DNA of 64,000 nt, taken from the NCBI GenBank assembly GCA_965112735.1, contig OZ218952.1, positions 3,844,001 to 3,908,000 on the forward strand, given 5' to 3'. Below are positions 62,501 through 64,000 of the stretch, in pieces (positions within the stretch are counted from its first letter, which is position 1; each line of letters begins with the position of its first letter). Origin of the DNA: Phaeosaccion multiseriatum (Eukaryota; Protista; Ochrophyta, other classes). The translations under genes were made by a program, and so were the position numbers. Below the pieces are notes generated by a model, which was not told the origin of the DNA, did not search any database, and saw only the letters and a program-made list of their open reading frames with translations.

Positions 62501-64000
62501 GGCGGCGATGGCGGAGATGGCAGTGGAAGGCACACTGGCGTGTCGTCGTCGTGCAGAGGGAAGGCAGAGATCACCGAGCCAAGCTCACTGCTGTCAAGCG
62601 CGCTCAGCTCACTACTGTCAAGCGCCTCCGCCGCCGAGCTGGTAAGGCCGCTGGACAGGCTGACGCTGATGCTGCTGGGGGGCGAGGCCTGGAGAATGCC
62701 ATCCGCGGCAGGAGGGGCTAAAGGGGGCTGAGTCGGAGCGGCCGTGACGGGGGAGCGCTGGTCCTGCTCGGCTGACTTGCCGACACCCCTTACCCCGTTG
62801 GGCTTGACATTGGGCTTGGCATGCTTCTTATCAGATGGGGCAAGATGGAACGACCCCAAAGTCTTGTCGGACGAAGAGGGAGGCGACGCCACAGCCACCT
62901 CGTGATGGCGATGATGCGGGGGACACCGATCTTGATGATACCCGCTCAGACCCTCGGACGGAGGAGAGAAGCGCTCGCTGCTGCTGGTGCCGCTGTCCGA
63001 GTGGAAGCTACCGCTGTCCGCGCGCTGGATATAGGAGTAGTTGTCTGCCGGGAAAGTCGCCGTCTGAAGCACGTGGTGCGGAGGGGGGGTAGGAGGAGGA
63101 GGAGGAGGGGGGAGAGAGGGAGGAGGATCAAGAGGAGACCCCCCTCTAAGTTGTAGGAAGCACTGCTCTTGGTCGAGCAGCAGTTGCTGCAGCTGTTGCT
63201 GTACCTCCCGCTGTTGCTGCTGCTGCTGAGCCATTAGCCGTTGCTGCTGCTCCGCCGGAAGAAGCAGGATGGGTGGCGCTGGGAGGGACGGGCCGCTCAA
63301 CGCCCCCACACTCTGCACTACAGTAGTGCCGCAAGGGAGCGCGACAGGATGAGCATCGTGATCGTAGGGCGGGAAGGACATGCATCGATGGTGGTGGTGG
63401 TGGTGGCGAGGTCGATAGGAGACAGCAGTGCTCCTCCCCCCCCCGCCCTTCTTCTCTGCACCCGTTGCTCTTAAAGCAGTATCTCGCTGTGGTCTTGCTG
63501 CTGCTGCACCTGCCGCGGTTGCTACCGTCGCTGCTGTGGTTGTTGCCTTGGCTGCTGTTGCCCTTCGTTGTTTTGAAACTCCAGTGGAGGTAGCAGCTCC
63601 TCCGGGCGCCGACGCGGCCGAAGATGAGCCACCCCCACCAGCGCTAGACGCAGCGACCGCCTCCTGAGGAGCGTGGGTCTTCATGTCTGCCCAAGGCTTG
63701 GCTATGGAGCCTGAGGGATTAGGGGGAACGAGGGGGGGAGAGAAGCGGAGAGAAGTCGGGGGAGAGAGCAAGGATAGAGGCAAGTGTCAAGGCGAGAGGT
63801 ACTCACCCAGAAGCGCTACACGGGTCGTACAGACAAGAGAGGCAAGGTTGCGAAAGGACCGGACCGAAGAGGCGTGAGCAGATGAGCGGATGCGGGTAGC
63901 AGAAGCACGTTGTTCGAAGCGAAGAAACGAAGAAGAGGAAGAAAGGGGAAAAGAGGGGGGTGGAGGGGTGGGAAGAGGGTCCAGCGGGAGAAGTCTCACC
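58466..64000 (-). CDS. CELF/BRUNO-type RRM RNA-binding protein with long poly-Gly disordered flanks; 5'-partial
   Basis: Small exons 61146-61264 (GPPGSNLFVFYIPSDVSNLLLYYLFAEFGPVISTRIAVDK) and ~60817-60906 (VDGRSKGYGFVSFEHEKHAQAAKDAMNGFV) join IGRKRLKVTVKK (from 60505), a CELF RRM3-like signature. A donor at 63999 implies further upstream exons. Confidence 0.85.

Overview
Eukaryotic nuclear DNA: GC-rich, intron-dense, with introns filled by microsatellites. It is most likely a photosynthetic stramenopile (inferred from a bipartite plastid-targeting-like presequence and a stand-alone fused GATase-CPS). Most entries in the ORF track are artefacts of microsatellites; the real genes had to be spliced by hand. 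Genes reconstructed: 3' part of a Cys-rich secreted protein (+), an MLO-family membrane protein fused to EF-hands (-), LSm8 (+, absent from the ORF track as a unit), inositol monophosphatase (-), a fungal-type GT2 glycosyltransferase with a ~1,700-aa low-complexity N-terminus (+), two low-complexity proteins (-, one with an EF-hand), a ~26-exon glutamine-dependent carbamoyl-phosphate synthetase (+), and a CELF-type RRM protein (-, 5'-partial). Intergenic DNA holds a small TIR element with an ACACAC duplication, three fragments resembling a restriction-like-endonuclease non-LTR retrotransposon, and several foldbacks. The most striking unexplained signal is a short motif, (C/G)AGTTGGTGATACAG, that recurs on both strands, in several reading frames of exons, and in introns and non-coding DNA, far above chance. 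A second is a systematic intron architecture: G-rich repeats at the 5' end (often seeded by the donor site) and C-rich repeats at the 3' end. All counts and alignments were made by eye.
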